A stretch of DNA of 64,000 nt from the human T2T-CHM13v2.0 reference genome, Homo sapiens. Location of the stretch: assembly GCF_009914755.1 (NCBI RefSeq), contig NC_060947.1; one strand, written 5' to 3'. The notes beneath the pieces were generated by a model, which was not told where the DNA came from, searched no databases, and was given only the letters and a program-made list of their open reading frames with translations. How positions within the stretch are numbered: the stretch's first letter is position 1; every line of letters begins with the position of its first letter. Below, piece by piece: positions 1-15,403 of the stretch. A program made the translations under genes and the position numbers.

Positions 1-72
1 ATCTTCGAAGAACTCAGAAGACATACAGGACAGCAACCTCCCAGAACAGATTTCTCAGGGACAAGAAATCTA
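1..72 (+). CDS. 3' part of a putative internal coding exon of an unidentified gene (IFEELRRHTGQQPPRTDFSGTRNL)
   Basis: Frame 1 is open up to the donor CTA|GTGAGA at 73. Phase 0 matches the next candidate exon. The acceptor lies outside the window. Confidence 0.55.
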
Positions 73-434
73 GTGAGAGTTTGTTTCTACCTAGAATCTT
101 GATCTAAGTGAATACATAAATTTTCTAAAATGTTAACATTTCTTCATCAAATAACTCAAGGTTAGGAAGAAGTGCCTTTTTATGGCTTATGATATGGATC
201 TTGATATGAGTCATAATTTTTTTAATGAAGGAGAACCATTCTGTCTCCTTGCCCCACACTTGAGCTTAATGTTCTAATATTAGGAAACAAAAAGGTTGAT
301 AATTCTTTACTTTGTGAATTATAATTGACTTTTTAAAAAGAAAGTTAACTCATAATTGTAATAGCCGCTAACTCTCTGACAAACCTTTTGCACATAACTG
401 GAAAGCATAAAAGACAAAAACTATAAGTTCATGA

Positions 435-776
<342 letters not shown>

Positions 777-836
777 TCCATTCTCTTTTTAAACAATTAG
801 TGCCATTATTCAGATATTGGAATGGTGGCAAGCTAG

Positions 837-1196
<360 letters not shown>

Positions 1197-4100
1197 TAGT
1201 TATGGGCAGACTTGTTTAACATTTAGGAATTATCAATCCAGTCTTCTGTATGTAATTAAAGGGGATTTTTTTTTAATTTGACATAGTTATTAAAAAGACT
1301 TCCTGCAAGCAAAATTACATATTGAAGGTAGTGAAAAAGACATTATTTTATGTGTTTGTGTTCTAGTGAATCTGAAAGATTAATCCATTTTAACCCTAGG
1401 GTGGGGTGTAGTAGTGGTGAATCATCTCAGTATTATTGATACACATCAGATTATTTTCATGATGGCATCCACTTTACATGCAGTAAAGTATGTATAACTT
1501 TTGTTTTTTGGTGGGGACAAGAATGATGCCAATAACCTAAACTATCTTTACTATATCGTGCTTTTCTTTGTAGGGGCTAGTTAAATCTTTAGGAGTTTAA
1601 CTTCACCTATAGTATATTTATCTCCATTAATAACAAGAACATTATAATTTTTTACTAATTATGACAAAATTTAGTATTTTGAGCATAAATTTGGCCAAAC
1701 TATTCCTCTATATTTTTTTCCAATTTCAAAATAATACTTTTATATTTTAAATAATATATTGCTTTAACATAATAAATTACTGTATATTTTCCCATTAAAG
1801 AGATTTATGCATGAAATATTTCCAAGTGAAAGATACACTTTTAAGTGTGTGATAAACCTATGAATTATTTCTACTCTCACACCTCTTAAAAAATTTTAAA
1901 ATAAATGTTTATCTAAAAATCACTCTACAGTAAGCTGCTGAATAATCAATTGATTTCAGCCTTTTGAGCTTTTCAAATTCTTACTGGAAAAAACTACTTT
2001 GATGGAATGGTTTTCCCTTCCCTTAATCCTGCTCTGACAATTTACAAAATATTGGAAAATGCACAACTGCTATATCTGAATCATACGTTTAGAAAAAATT
2101 TTAATGCATTCATAGCCATCTTTAAAAAATTGGACAACATTCAAGAGACTCGCCCAGGTACTACTTACATAGTATATTTTTAGGAACTTATGGTAACAGC
2201 AGTGACAGTAAGTACTTTGAAAATAAGGACTAAATGAAGCTTATAGTATTGTGTTTTGTCTTTATTTGGGTCTAGTTCTTAAGAAAATAATTGGGGATCA
2301 TTAGTTTGAAATATCTGTGCCTACATTGAGGAGTAATCTTGAGCGATTCTCAGAGAGGTGAAAATAAGAAATAATCCAATGAATAAGCAAACGTAAATTA
2401 TTCTTTTAGGGATTTAAACATAATTTACTGATATTTTCTGATAAGTTTTGATATTTAAAATATGAAAGTTCAGATTACCTAATGTTAAATTAGCTGATGG
2501 ATTGAACTTGTCTACTCATAATTCATAACTCTTCCACTGAATATTTGAAGCCCATAAATCCAATACAACTTCATTTTTATGGCACCTATCTTAATTAGCT
2601 TTCAGTCGGGATATTGAAATATGAAAATATACGCAGAATTATAGTTCTGTGCTGTTTTTGTTCTTTCACATGCTAATAAGAGTATGCATTTTTAAAGTTT
2701 AGTAAACTTAAATTATAAAAAGTGGGAAAATGTCTTCTCCTTGAAATAAAATTGATAAGCTAAGACTACATATATATCATCTGAGAAATAAATATTATGT
2801 TTTTTTTTTTTTTCCAGTAATGTCTGGAACAGCTAGAATCTCTCCCAGGTGCCCTAGGGCAGGCCATCTCATAGAGATATATGATCACTGGGTCTTGCTA
2901 TCTAGATCTGGAGGCTTGTCAGGATCAGAGTTCTGCACAGAAACATTAAGAGATTTTGCACTGTGAATATTTCAACATGTCCAGATAATCTGTGTGAAAA
3001 GCATTGTTCTTTTGTGCTTCTCTGGATGACCTCTTTGCACAGAGTGATAGCTTTATCCTTTTTTCACATCATTATGTTTGCTGGGGGGAAATCATGCTGT
3101 GCTATGTCATAATAATATGTAATCTTCTTGCTCAGTTTAGCTGAGATTTAAGGAGACTCTGTTCACAGAAGCCCTTCTTTAAAACCTGATGTATAATTTT
3201 GCAGAATCACCCTAGCAGAAGAGCAAGAGGCTTTATAAGAGCGATACAACCATTAAAACTCTTAAACGAAGATTAGTTTCAAGTTTTACAATCCGGTACC
3301 AAACCATCTGGCAAATCTCATGTCGGGTTTTGTTAAAGCTCTGAGCTTTCTAAGGGTTAATTCATCCCCCTTCTATAACATTCCCCCTTCCCTAAACACA
3401 CATAGGAACACACACTTGACTTGATGATTAAGATAAAAGATCTAATTAAATGCTCCAAGCTTGTTGATTTTTCCACCTGGTGATTTGTTGCTCTTGACGA
3501 CAATTTCTAGATAGCTCTTTGCTTTTGGCAAAACCCTTGGAATCCTTATGGATAAATGAATATATTTCTCCCAAATTATTCATCTCGTTTTTTCCACATT
3601 TCTCTTGGGTCTAACTACATCCAGAAGGAGGATCCTCATTACCTTGTGCTGACAAACCACTTCAGAGGGACTCAGATTAGTCTGAAAAATATTGGACATG
3701 CCTATGAAATAACCCAACACTATTTTTCTCAAGATCTCATCATTGTAGCTTTGATGATGGCAGTTATCCTAGAAAAAAAAATGAAGTCTTAAAATAAATT
3801 TTAGTTTATATTAACCCGGGGTTGAGTCATTTCTAAACATTCCATCCATAGCTATCAAATTGTTCTTTGCATTTAGAAATCCATGTCTCCTGACACCAAT
3901 TTGCATACAAAGCTCAAGACAAAACAAAAGACACACAAAGAATAAAGGAGAATTAATCATAGGACGTAAATTATTCCAGATTCACAATGTCTTGTCTGTG
4001 CCATGCTGTTGATAAACATAGCTTTACATGTCCCTTTAATTCTGCTAAATGTGTGCCAGTTTCCCCATGGAGAGGAAACATTATTAAATTATGTATTTTC

Positions 4101-4938
4101 TAGTCTTGCCGCAACTCTAAAAAACACAATGAAAATTCAGTTTGTGAGTTTATATGGGAACACTTTACTCTGTGTAACTTATAAGAAAGCTTATAGTTCT
4201 TATATTTCTTCAAGCATGTAATCTACAGAGTCCTTCTAGGAAAGAGAATATCTCAATACTTGAAAATTTTGACCAAACACTAAATATCAAATTCCAAGTC
4301 TAAACGTATTTTATCCAACCTTTCTCCTTGTCTCCACCTAAAAAAATTTCATTGATTTTTAAGCAAATATAGATACATTTTAAACATTTAAGTAGCCAAT
4401 TTATTTTATACTTTGAATTGTCAGTTTGACTTAAAATCTATATTTATCCTTACTATAAGCATTAATAAATATGATTCATACCAGTCCTCAAAATTTAAGC
4501 TTTTGAGAAATCTCCAGTTTTAAAAAACAACTTTTGAATTTGAAGTTTCAACTAAATTCACACAAAAACTTGTATTTACCTGAGTAAGAAGAATTTATCT
4601 CTAATCAAAAGAGGCTTCTTCCAACTAGAGATTATGTAACAATTGGGATAAGTAAAAATAATTAATGTCTGCCTTACCCGTTCCCAGCACCCTCACTCAT
4701 CACATTATTGTAACAGTGGTAAATTTTTGTTTTTCAGATATATGAAAAAAAAAATTAAAAAACCTCTAAGTAACTGGAATTTATTGTTTCAACAAATTTC
4801 AGGTGCTTCATAGTACCTTACTGATGAGAACTGAGGGTCATTTCTGAATGGGAATAGAAGATTGTGAGGCCAGCATACTCCATCCCTGGCAGGGCTGCTC
4901 GGGGCCTTTCTCTTGTATTAAAGTGGTAGCTTCACTTA

Positions 4939-5012
4939 GAAAAGAGACAAGGGGAGATAGAGGTGGAGAGAGAATGAGAGAGGGGTGGAGAGAGATTGAG
5001 AGAGAGAGAAAG
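4939..5012. repeat. GA-rich low-complexity polypurine tract
   Basis: About 70 nt of nearly pure A/G. Confidence 0.8.
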
Positions 5013-5094
5013 AATGAATCACATGGTGAATGGCTTCTGCTTCATGTTGTTAGAGAAGATAAAACCATAATAGTGCAAACCAAGAGGATAATTA

Positions 5095-5285
5095 CAAAAT
5101 GCCAAGCATTTTATTATAGTAACTCAGTATCATAGAAGTATGTTATGAGGCTCATGTTATTATACTCATTTCACAGATGATGAAGCTGAGAATCATCTTA
5201 AATAACTTGACAAAATTCATAAAACTAGTAGACTGTAGAGCCAGACGTAGATTCCAAAGCCTCTATCCTTTCCACTGTTGCACCA
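5095..5285 (-). mobile_element. MIR
   Basis: Core atttcacagatgatgaagctgag...aaataacttgacaaa matches the MIR reverse complement. Confidence 0.75.
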
Positions 5286-6242
5286 TATTGTTGAGTAGAC
5301 TTTAGTCTCTTTTAAATATATATCTTTTCTTCCTTAAATATTGCATATAGAATACATCTTAACACCTCTAACAAATATAAGGCAGAAAGGCATGTCAGGA
5401 GAAAAGAAACATTAAAGAGAGTAGTAATTAACTGAGAGTTTCTCCTATTTCAGGAAACCTCTGGATTATATTCACTGCAATTAGAAAATATGTCCTGTAA
5501 CATTATAAAAATTAAAAGTTGATATTGTTTCAAGGCTTTTAATGAAAATCATTCATCTATATATGTCCTGGGAAAAATAAACATCAAGTTACATTTTATA
5601 TTTGTAAACTTTGCCATAGTTTTGATGAATGTTATTTCCACAGTAAGGGTCATGCTTTCTTTTAAGGAAATAAGAATGAAAAAAAGTTTTTATAAATGTA
5701 ATCACTAGAAGCATCCCCCACATACTTACATGTCTTTAGGCATATATCATCATGCTAGATGTTGCATAGGACTCTCCAAAAAATATCTCATATGCATGTT
5801 TGAGGAGACCTTTTTGGCCCTAATCTGTCAATATTTCAACCATATGGCAATAAGATAACAATAATGTATCAGTTATACCCACTTGTAGTCTTTGGTAGCT
5901 AAAATAAAGTGATAACTATGACAATTTATAATGTCACATATTTGCAAATCCTGAGACTTCCATGGTGGGTTTGATTACCCAGAAAATGATAGCATACTTA
6001 CATTTCTAGTGGAAAACCTACTGCATCTGAGAAAGAAATATAATTGCTGAATGCACCAGTGCATCTCTGGATTCTTTTTTTGCTAGATTTTGAAACAATA
6101 GTGGTGAAACTGTATTCAGAAATAGCATGATCTTATTGTTAGAATGATTTTCTTACTATTAGGTTTGAGTTGCAATACAATGTCTAATTGAGAGAAGAAA
6201 GGATGCATTCCACATTTCTCCTGAAAACAATCACAAAACCAG

Positions 6243-6541
6243 GAGCCGGGTGAGATGGCTCACACCTGTAATCCCAGCACTTTCAGAGGCCGTGGCAAAC
6301 AGATCACTTGAGCTCAGGAGTTTGAGATCAGCCTGGGTAATATGATGAAACACTGTCTCTACAAAAAAAAAAAAAGAAAAAAAATACAAAAATTAGCCGG
6401 GCATGGTGACATGTGCCTGTAGTCTCAGCTACTCAGGAGGCTGAGGTGGAAAGATCACTTGATTCTGGGAGGTTGAGGCTGCGGTGAGCCAAGATTGCCA
6501 CACTGCATTTCAGCCTAGGTGACAGAGTGAGATCCTGTCTC

Positions 6542-6568
<27 letters not shown>
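6243..6568 (+). mobile_element. Alu, AluJ-like
   Basis: Dimer with long A tail. TSD aatcacaaaacca at 6229-6241 and 6569-6581. Confidence 0.95.
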
Positions 6569-6573
<5 letters not shown>

Positions 6574-8179
6574 CAAAACCACAAAACCAGTCTGGGTTTA
6601 CCTCTCTCAGCAGCTTTGCAATTAGTCAAGTTAAGGAAAGCAGTTAATGAATGAAGTTACTAAAGCTCAGATACTGTGCAACACTCTCAGGAAAACATTT
6701 GAGAACAGCAAGAAGAACCGGCCAGATTTAGAAAGTTCAATCAAATTATCTTTCTTCATAAGCCTATTTTTGCAAAGCAGATATATTTTGGGAAGTGAAT
6801 TTTATTCTTTTAAATTACCTGCATCTTATTATTTTCATGAAAGACTTTATATATTTTCATGAAAGCTTCCTTTGGAAGCTGAAAATATATTTTCCATTTA
6901 TTGCAAAAACTTTATTATTGTGTATATTTTGAGAAATAATTCTCACTTCTGTGAATTGGAATTTGCCTTAAAATTTTCTTACTTTTTGACAAAAAAAATT
7001 GGAATTAATAGAATTTTGAGCATTTACTCTTCATCAATGCTTCTTATGATCTAGCCTCTTCCTACCTCCTCCATAAATAAAATAATTCAAGAAAATTACA
7101 GATAATTTTTAATCTATAGAATTTCTAGATTCTAAAAGGTGGGAAATAATATAAACCTACCCCTTTTCTCTCACATATGTCTATTTATTTACACAGCATC
7201 ACTAGTGAAACAACATATTTGTACTTGAAGGCGTTAATGCAATTTTAAACAAAGTCAACTTCCCTTCCAATGTCTAAATGATTAGCAAGTAATCTCTAAC
7301 TCAGGAATAATAATAAGATCCAATATCTATCCTTCCTTCTCTTAGAAGTATTATTTTTTATTATTAGCAATAATGCCAGTGACATTTCTCAAGACTCTTT
7401 AAGATCATTGCTAAAACACACTTCTTACTTTTTGGCACTGAGCACTATCTTAATATGAACTGAATTAAAATGTGGCTTAACTCTACAAAGACTGTGATTC
7501 TTATAAAGCATTTTACTCTTTTCTTGAAAGTTTGACATCTAATTCCATAAAAGGAAAGATCGTTTGGTTCAGTATGTGGTACATGTAAGGAAAGAGAAAT
7601 ACAGATCTGCATTTTATTTCTCAGGTGTCACTGATGAACCATAGTTCATTTTCTTAAAACAGTCAAGCATAAATGTAGCTAAGCACTAAGTTTTCCTGCA
7701 AGTGTCATTTCTCTCACTTGCATTACAGTTAGGTCTCAGCAGTTCTGTATATTGGGGTTATTCTATTAGATGATTTCCTGGTTCTTAGTCTTATAACTAT
7801 GTAATTTTGGAGAGGGTGGGGAGTGATAGAATATTGGCAGGGGTGGGGGGATTATTTTAAGTTCTTATTTTTGTACAAAACAAAATAATTTTTTCTAATG
7901 TTTGAATACTGAAGCATGTTATACAGTGGACATGTTTAGTTGCCAAATTTAAATGTGCAAGATACATCCACATAGACTTATACTTTTAACCAAGTAAAAT
8001 AGCATCCCTACTTAATTAAATGGACATATGAATACAGCATTATGTATTTGACAGAGGGCAGCCCAGCAGACGTTGAACTGCTCACAGTTGACAGAGAATG
8101 TTTAAATTAGATGCTTAAAATGTGCATGTGAAATGCAACCCAAATAAACTTGGTTTTTTAAAAAAAAAAGTTAAATGTA

Positions 8180-8660
8180 CCTTTTGGCCATTTGCATGTC
8201 TTCTTTTATGAAATGCCTGTTCATATCTTTTGCCCATTTTTAAATTAATTTTTTTTTCTATTGAGTTGTTTGAGTTCCTTATATATTCTGGTTATTTATC
8301 CCCAAAGCAGTCAACATCACTAATCTTCAGGGAAATGCAAATAAGAACCACAGTGAAATAGCATCTCATTCCAGGTAAAAGGGCTATTACAAAAAGACAA
8401 AAAATAACAGACAATGGAGAGGATGTGGAAAAAGGGGAATGCTAGCACCTTGGTGATGGGAATGTAAATTAATACATCCACTATGGAAAACAGTAAGGAT
8501 GTTCCTGGAAAAACTGAAAGTAGATCTATCATATGATCCAGCAATCCTACTGCTGGTTATATATCCAAAAAAAAGAAAGAAAAGAAAATGGATATATCAA
8601 AAAGATACTTGCACTTCTATGTTTATTGCAGCACTAATCACAATAGCCAAGATATAGGAT
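8180..8660 (+). mobile_element. Old L1 (L1MA/L1PB-like) ORF2 3' fragment with an inverted 5' segment
   Basis: 8180-8302 is antisense ORF2 (ISRIYKEL...WAKDMNRHF-like). 8303-8660 is the consensus-adjacent sense segment (REMQI...TMEN-like). Confidence 0.8.
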
Positions 8661-9002
8661 AATTCTTCAATCACTTCCAACTTGGTATTGCTTCCTTACA
8701 TAAGTAACAACTGAACATCTTTGGTAAAATCTGTTAATTCCTGAAAAGACAAGGATCATTTGCACTGAGGATCTGCGTCCTCAATGCACTTAGCACTTAT
8801 CACATCTATTAAATCTTTTGGCATTTATTACATCTATTAAATATCTTTGTATGGCAAATAGCAAATTTGTGTTGTGGTGGCGCACACAAGATTGATTTTA
8901 ATTTGCAACAAGAGCATATTCACATATATAGCCCTTGAAGCCATTAGGTTGCAAAAGCATTGGACAGAAATTTTCTACAGCTTAAATGTCAGCCATTTAA
9001 AT

Positions 9003-9183
9003 ATTTTATTTTTTATCTTTATTTTATTTTATTTTATTTTATTTTATTTTATTGAGACAAGGTCTTGCTCTGCTGCCCAGGTTAAAGTGCAGTGGCACAA
9101 TCATAGCTCACTGCAGCCTCCAAAATGCTGGGCTCAAGTGATCCTCCCACCTTGGCCTCCCAAAGCACTGGGGTTACAGGCAT
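9003..9183 (-). mobile_element. Alu monomer (AluJ/FRAM/FAM-like) with (TTTTA)n tail
   Basis: Single-arm Alu sequence following the ATTTT repeats. Confidence 0.85.
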
Positions 9184-9498
9184 CATTTAAATAGTCCTCC
9201 ACAATTTCATTCACATGTTTAATAGAACACATAAATGTAACACTCCATGTAAACTCCATGAGAAAATAAATTTCTTTTCTTTTTTTTCTCTTTTTTAATT
9301 CTAGTACCTAGAGCTATGTGTGGCATATTGTTAACCCTCAATAACCATTTGTTACATAAATAAACTATGATGTCTAAAAAGAGATAATCTACCCAGGCAC
9401 TATTTTAGCTACCTATAGGCAATGTTTATATGAAATGTACTGTGTATTTTACTTTTAACAAACAGCTTAAAATACTTCTATTTTCTTCCCTTCTAAAG

Positions 9499-9579
9499 CC
9501 AATGAAGGAGGTTGTGCGATCTTGCACCCCCATGAAAGAGTCTACAACTATGGAGATCTGGATTCATCCCCAACCACAG
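9499..9579 (+). CDS. Putative coding exon, 81 nt, phase 0/0 (PMKEVVRSCTPMKESTTMEIWIHPQPQ)
   Basis: Acceptor ttttcttcccttctaaAG, donor CAG|GTATGG. Open frame, GC-richer than flanks, not repeat-derived. Confidence 0.7.
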
Positions 9580-10005
9580 GTATGGCAAAAGCCCTATGAT
9601 TTTTCCTCCCCCTTCCTTTTAAATGATTTTTATAAATGTATAAGGAATACTCTTAAGTAGTGTGCATAATGTGTATTCCCTTACATTTCTTCAGGTGATT
9701 TTGTGCTGGACTCAAAATTTACTGTTGAAAATATGACAGTAAATATATATCTTTTTAGTGTGATTTGATAATAACAGTGAAATTAACTTGTTGGATCAAG
9801 TAAAAGTGTTCCTCTAAAAGCATCTTCTAAATGTTTATTCTGCTGATGTTTAAGTGTACTTTTGTAATCATGGATTGAAAAAAGTAAAACTGCTGTTTTA
9901 TAATATGACTTAAATTTAAGTTTTAGCATAATATAGCATAATTTGCTTTTTATGTTAATTAGGCAAATTTTAGTAAAACTTCACTGAAACAAATCTGGGG
10001 GATAA

Positions 10006-10701
10006 TGTTAGCAGCAGTAAATATGGTAGGTCTGCAGCAAACTCTTCCCTTGGAGGGAAGAATTCAACTGAGGAACATAAGGTTGAGTGAGAGACCAATG
10101 CAAGTTTTAGAGCAGGAGTGACAGTTTATTAAAAAGTTTCAGAGCAGGAATAACAGGAAGCAAAGTGCACTTGGTAGAGGGCCAAGTGGGCAATTTGAGA
10201 AATCCAAGTACCCTGTTTGACCCTTGACTTGAGGTTTTTATACATTGGCATGATTCCAAGGTTTGTGTGTCTTCTTCCTTGATTTTTTGTTGGGATGGGC
10301 TCTCCACCTGCACAGTGGCCTGCTAGCACTTGAGAGGGGCCACATGTGCAGTGTGTTTACTGAAGTTGTGTGCATGCTCATTTGAGGCATTTTTCCCTTA
10401 CCAGTTGAGTGTTCCTAGAGGAAGTTCATATACCAGTTAAATTCTACCATTTTGCCTCTTACTGTACATGTTTGAGCTCACCCACCCAACTCCTGAGATC
10501 TTATTGGGAAGCTGCTGATCACCAGCTTCAGGTGTTTTCTGTCTTTTGGGAGTCTCCCTTTCCTTGCCTCTGCTGCAACTGATTATTATTTTAGAGAGAC
10601 AGTTTAATGACAGCCTGACCATCACCTGATGGTCACCTGACATTCCTGGGGGAGAAGCATCTTCTGCCCTGCTCATGTCTGTATAGCTACCTACTCTAAC
10701 A
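10006..10701 (-). mobile_element. ERV1 solo LTR, MER50-like
   Basis: Termini TGTTAG...CTAACA. The reverse complement begins tgttagagtaggtagcta...cagacatgagcagggcag, as in MER50. Confidence 0.8.
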
Positions 10702-10863
10702 AAACCCGTCTGAATTTGTTTTTAAAAATCAAGTTATAAGGTGTATTTGTAAAGCAACCACTTTTACTTATTTTGGTCAGGACAGCTCAAAAATGTGACC
10801 AAAAATTCAATTCTAATTTGTTTTCCTAGTATAGATTTTAAGAGGACTTAAAAAAATGGGGTT

Positions 10864-11185
<322 letters not shown>

Positions 11186-11656
11186 TTAATATTTGGTATT
11201 CTATAACTGGTTATTATACTGTTGTTAATAAAGTCCTAAATCTGACTCCTCTGGTATCAAATTAATATCCATAAATTGCCTTCTACCTAGTTATTTTCAA
11301 ATGTCTTTTATTTGTTATAGGATAAATAAATTCAAATAATGTAAATACATAAATATGAATCTAGACTATTAGATAAATAACCCAAATGGAATGGAAGGAG
11401 GATCATGTTAATTATTTAATGTATATGTGCATCTGAAATTCATGGAAGCCATGCATTCTGCAATTATAACATCCTACAGTATTTCACAGAGTTAATTTAC
11501 GCTGTTTGCAAAGAGTTTCAGAATTGATTCATGCACTGTGAGAAGATATGATTAATATTATAAAGGTAAATCCCAACCCAGAATTCTGTCCAAATTGTCA
11601 CAAGTTTTAAGTTATTCCAGCCTGAATTAGTGAAGTTTTGCCACGTTTGAAACTAT

Positions 11657-13376
11657 CGTAACCTCCCAACGGGTTCTCCTTTCCTGCTGCCTAGACAGAG
11701 CCAATTTATCAAGACAGGAGAATTACAATAGACAAAGAGTTTAATTCACACAGAGCCAACTGTACAGGAGACTAGTTTTGTTATTACTCTAAAACTCAGG
11801 AGAGGATGGAAGTTTTTAAGGATAATTTGGTGGGTAGGTGGTCAGAAAGTGGAGAGTGCTGATTGATTGGGTCAGAGATGAAATCATAGGGAGTGCTGAA
11901 GCTGTCTTCTTTTGCTGAGTCACTTCCTAAGTGGGGGTCACAAGATCAGATAAGCCAGTTTACCAATCCGGGTGGTACCAGTTGATCCATCAAGTGCAGG
12001 GTCTGGAAAATACCTCAAGCACTGATCTTAGGTTTTACAATAGAGATGTTATCACCTGCAGCCCCAACACCACATGTAAGCCACCAAGGCTTGGGGCTTG
12101 CCCCCTCTGAAGCAATGACCTGTGCTATATTTTGGGTCCTTTTAGCCATGACTGGAACTGAAGCACCTGTGACACAGGTCACCATGTCCTGAGGCTGCAC
12201 AGAGTAAGAAGGCCCTGGCCCAGCCCATAAAATCATTTTTCCCTCCTAGGTCTTGGTTCTGTGATGGCAGGGGCTGCCAGGAAGGTCTCTAACATGTCCT
12301 GGAGACATTTTTCCCATTGTCTTGGTGATTAACATTTGGCTCCTCATTACTTATGCAAATTTCTGCAGCAGGCTTGAATTTCTCCCAGAAAATGAATTTT
12401 TCTTTTCTATCATATCGTCAGGCTTAAATTTTCCAAAATTTTATGCTCTGCTTCCTTTTGAACTCTTTGCCACTTAGAAATTTCTTCTGCCAGACACCAT
12501 AAATCATCTCTCTGAAGTTCAAAGTTCCATAGATCTCTAGGGCAGGGGCAAAATGCCACCATCCTTTTTGCTAAAACATAGCAAGAGTGACCTTTACTCC
12601 AGTTTCCAACAAGTTCCTCATCTCCATCTGAGACCACCTCAGCCTGTACTTCATTGTCCATGTCACTATCAGCAATTTGTTCAAAGCCATTCAACAAGTC
12701 TCTAGTAAGTTCCAAACTTTCCCACATTTTTCTGTCTTCATCTGAACTGTTGAAACTGTTCCAACCTCTGCCTGTTACCCAGTTCCAAAGTCGCTTCCAC
12801 ATTTTAGGGTATCCTTATATCAGCACCCCACTACCTCAGTACCAATTTACGGTATTAGTCCGTTCTCACGCTGCTATGAAGAAATACCCGAGACTGGGTA
12901 ATTTATAAAGCAAAGGGTTTTAATTGACTCACATTTCCCCATGGCTGGGAAGGGGGCCTCAGGAAACTTATAATCATGGTGGAAGCCACCTGGTGGCAGG
13001 AGACAAAGTGAGTGCTGAGTGAAGGAGGATTCCCCTTATAAAACCATCAGATCTCATGATAATTTAATATCATGAGAACAGCATGGGGTAAACTGCCCCC
13101 ATGATTCAATTATTTCCACTTGGTCCCACCCTTGACACATGGGGATTATTACAATTCAAAGTGAGAGTTGGGTAGGGACACAGAGTCAAACCATGTCAGG
13201 CTATTATCGTCTTTGTTTTAAAGTTAAACCATAAACTAAGTTCCTCCAACAGTTCAGCCTACGCCCAGGAATGAACAAGGACAGCTTGGCAGTTGGAAGC
13301 AAAATGGGGTCAGTTAGGTCCAATCTCTTTCACTGTAATAATTTTCTTAGTTATAATTTTTGCAAAAGTGGTTTTA
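11657..13376 (-). mobile_element. ERV1 solo LTR, LTR8/LTR8A-like, split by a THE1 insertion (pieces 11657-~12053 and 13199-13376)
   Basis: LTR8-type ends (ctgcctagacagagcc; gaatgaacaaggacagctt). 4-bp TSD CTAT at 11653-11656 and 13377-13380. Confidence 0.8.
12054..13198 (-). mobile_element. THE1 (THE1C/D-like) MaLR: 5' LTR 12851-13198 plus truncated internal region
   Basis: LTR gtattagtccgttctcacgctgct...aaaccatgtca. Internal ORF remnant 12410..12802 (EEDRKMWESLEL-type). No second LTR. Confidence 0.88.
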
Positions 13377-13683
13377 CTATGACTTTCGAGTCATGCCCTG
13401 CTGATTCAGTCTCAAGAAAATTGGTGAGAATGTAGAATACAAAGCAAACATAATATAATAATCCCACCTACACCTGTATCCAAGAGGCATCTCAGAATTA
13501 TACTACTAGTTTATTGAATGTTTGATTAAGAAACCGTTGCAGTCGTCTTCAGAATAGAAGTGTTGAAGAAAAGCACACAATTTCAAATAAGCACCTTAAG
13601 ATTATAAAATTTAACCTACCAGTATGACATCAGGTATCACTGGGATAAATAGAAGTCAGATGGAATTAGACATTATAATATAA

Positions 13684-14022
<339 letters not shown>

Positions 14023-14639
14023 ATAAATCAATGATCTTTTATCTAACCAAGTAGTTATTTCTGACTGTATTCCTGTAAATGGAGTCCCATATAATTAACT
14101 CTACTGATTTACCAATTACCAATTCTTTTGTCTGTTAACAAAGATAAAATCTTGTTATTGACACAATTATTTCTTACACAGGGAGTACTTTTTTCTTGAA
14201 GATCTTTTTAAAGTTATCTGACAGCCTTGATTGCCTGAGGCTTCAACTGCAATTTAAGATAGACCATAGACTGATGGGTTACATTTTGTATATGGTATTA
14301 TTACAGGCAAAGTATGTACGGATAAGGACTTTTCAATCTTGTTTTTAAGGAACATTGTGCTTACCCCTGAAAAGCTTAAATAAAATACTTATTTCATGAA
14401 TAAACTTTTATGGTTTCTTATGAAATATCTTATTTTTAACAAGATATTCATTACTTAATTTGGGGAATTTTAAAAGCAATATTCTGAAAATAGAGCCTAG
14501 TGGAACTAGAGTGCAATTTAGAGGTTAAATTATTTCTGTTCCTCCACTGAAATCTTTAAATACTTTGATAATGCCACATTCAACAATTTAGATGCCAATT
14601 AATTAACATTCATGATACAGATAGTGACTTTTTTAAAAA

Positions 14640-14946
<307 letters not shown>

Positions 14947-15280
14947 TGGTTTTTGTTTCTGTTTTTGTTTTAATTGGCAAATGCTACAATACTGTCCCAT
15001 AAAACAGAGTGGATCCTAGCTGAAAAGCCAACTATTCAACTAATTAATGTGGAATTGTGACATCATAGGTCAATTTTCTTTGAGTAAAGAAAATCAAATG
15101 AGAATGTCCATTTCCTTATTAGGATAATTATCATTTTTTGTGAGTATCTTTAAAAATATTTTGATACATAACTGGAGTAAATATACTGAAGTCCTAAATT
15201 AGGTTTTCAAAAATTAATGTTAGTTTTAATCAACTTCAGAAGTTAAATCAAACCACCCTGAAAACATTTTCAATTTCTAG

Positions 15281-15403
15281 GGGCCAATGGGACCAAAAAC
15301 ATTCACTGCAGCAAATATGCTAGCAGCTGTGCAATACTTAGAGGAAGTAGAGAGGTACTCAAAAAATGGCAGTCGATCAGCTTTGCACATGCCATATGTA
15401 TAT
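15281..15403 (+). CDS. Putative coding exon, 123 nt, phase 0/0 (GPMGPKTFTAANMLAAVQYLEEVERYSKNGSRSALHMPYVY)
   Basis: Acceptor cattttcaatttctAG, donor TAT|GTGAGT. Open frame, length a multiple of 3. Confidence 0.7.

Noticed and set aside
2818-2965. Strong polypyrimidine acceptor (tttttccAG) followed by about 49 open codons
   Set aside because: Begins with TAA in the gene's phase-0 frame and has no convincing donor; cannot be supported as an exon.
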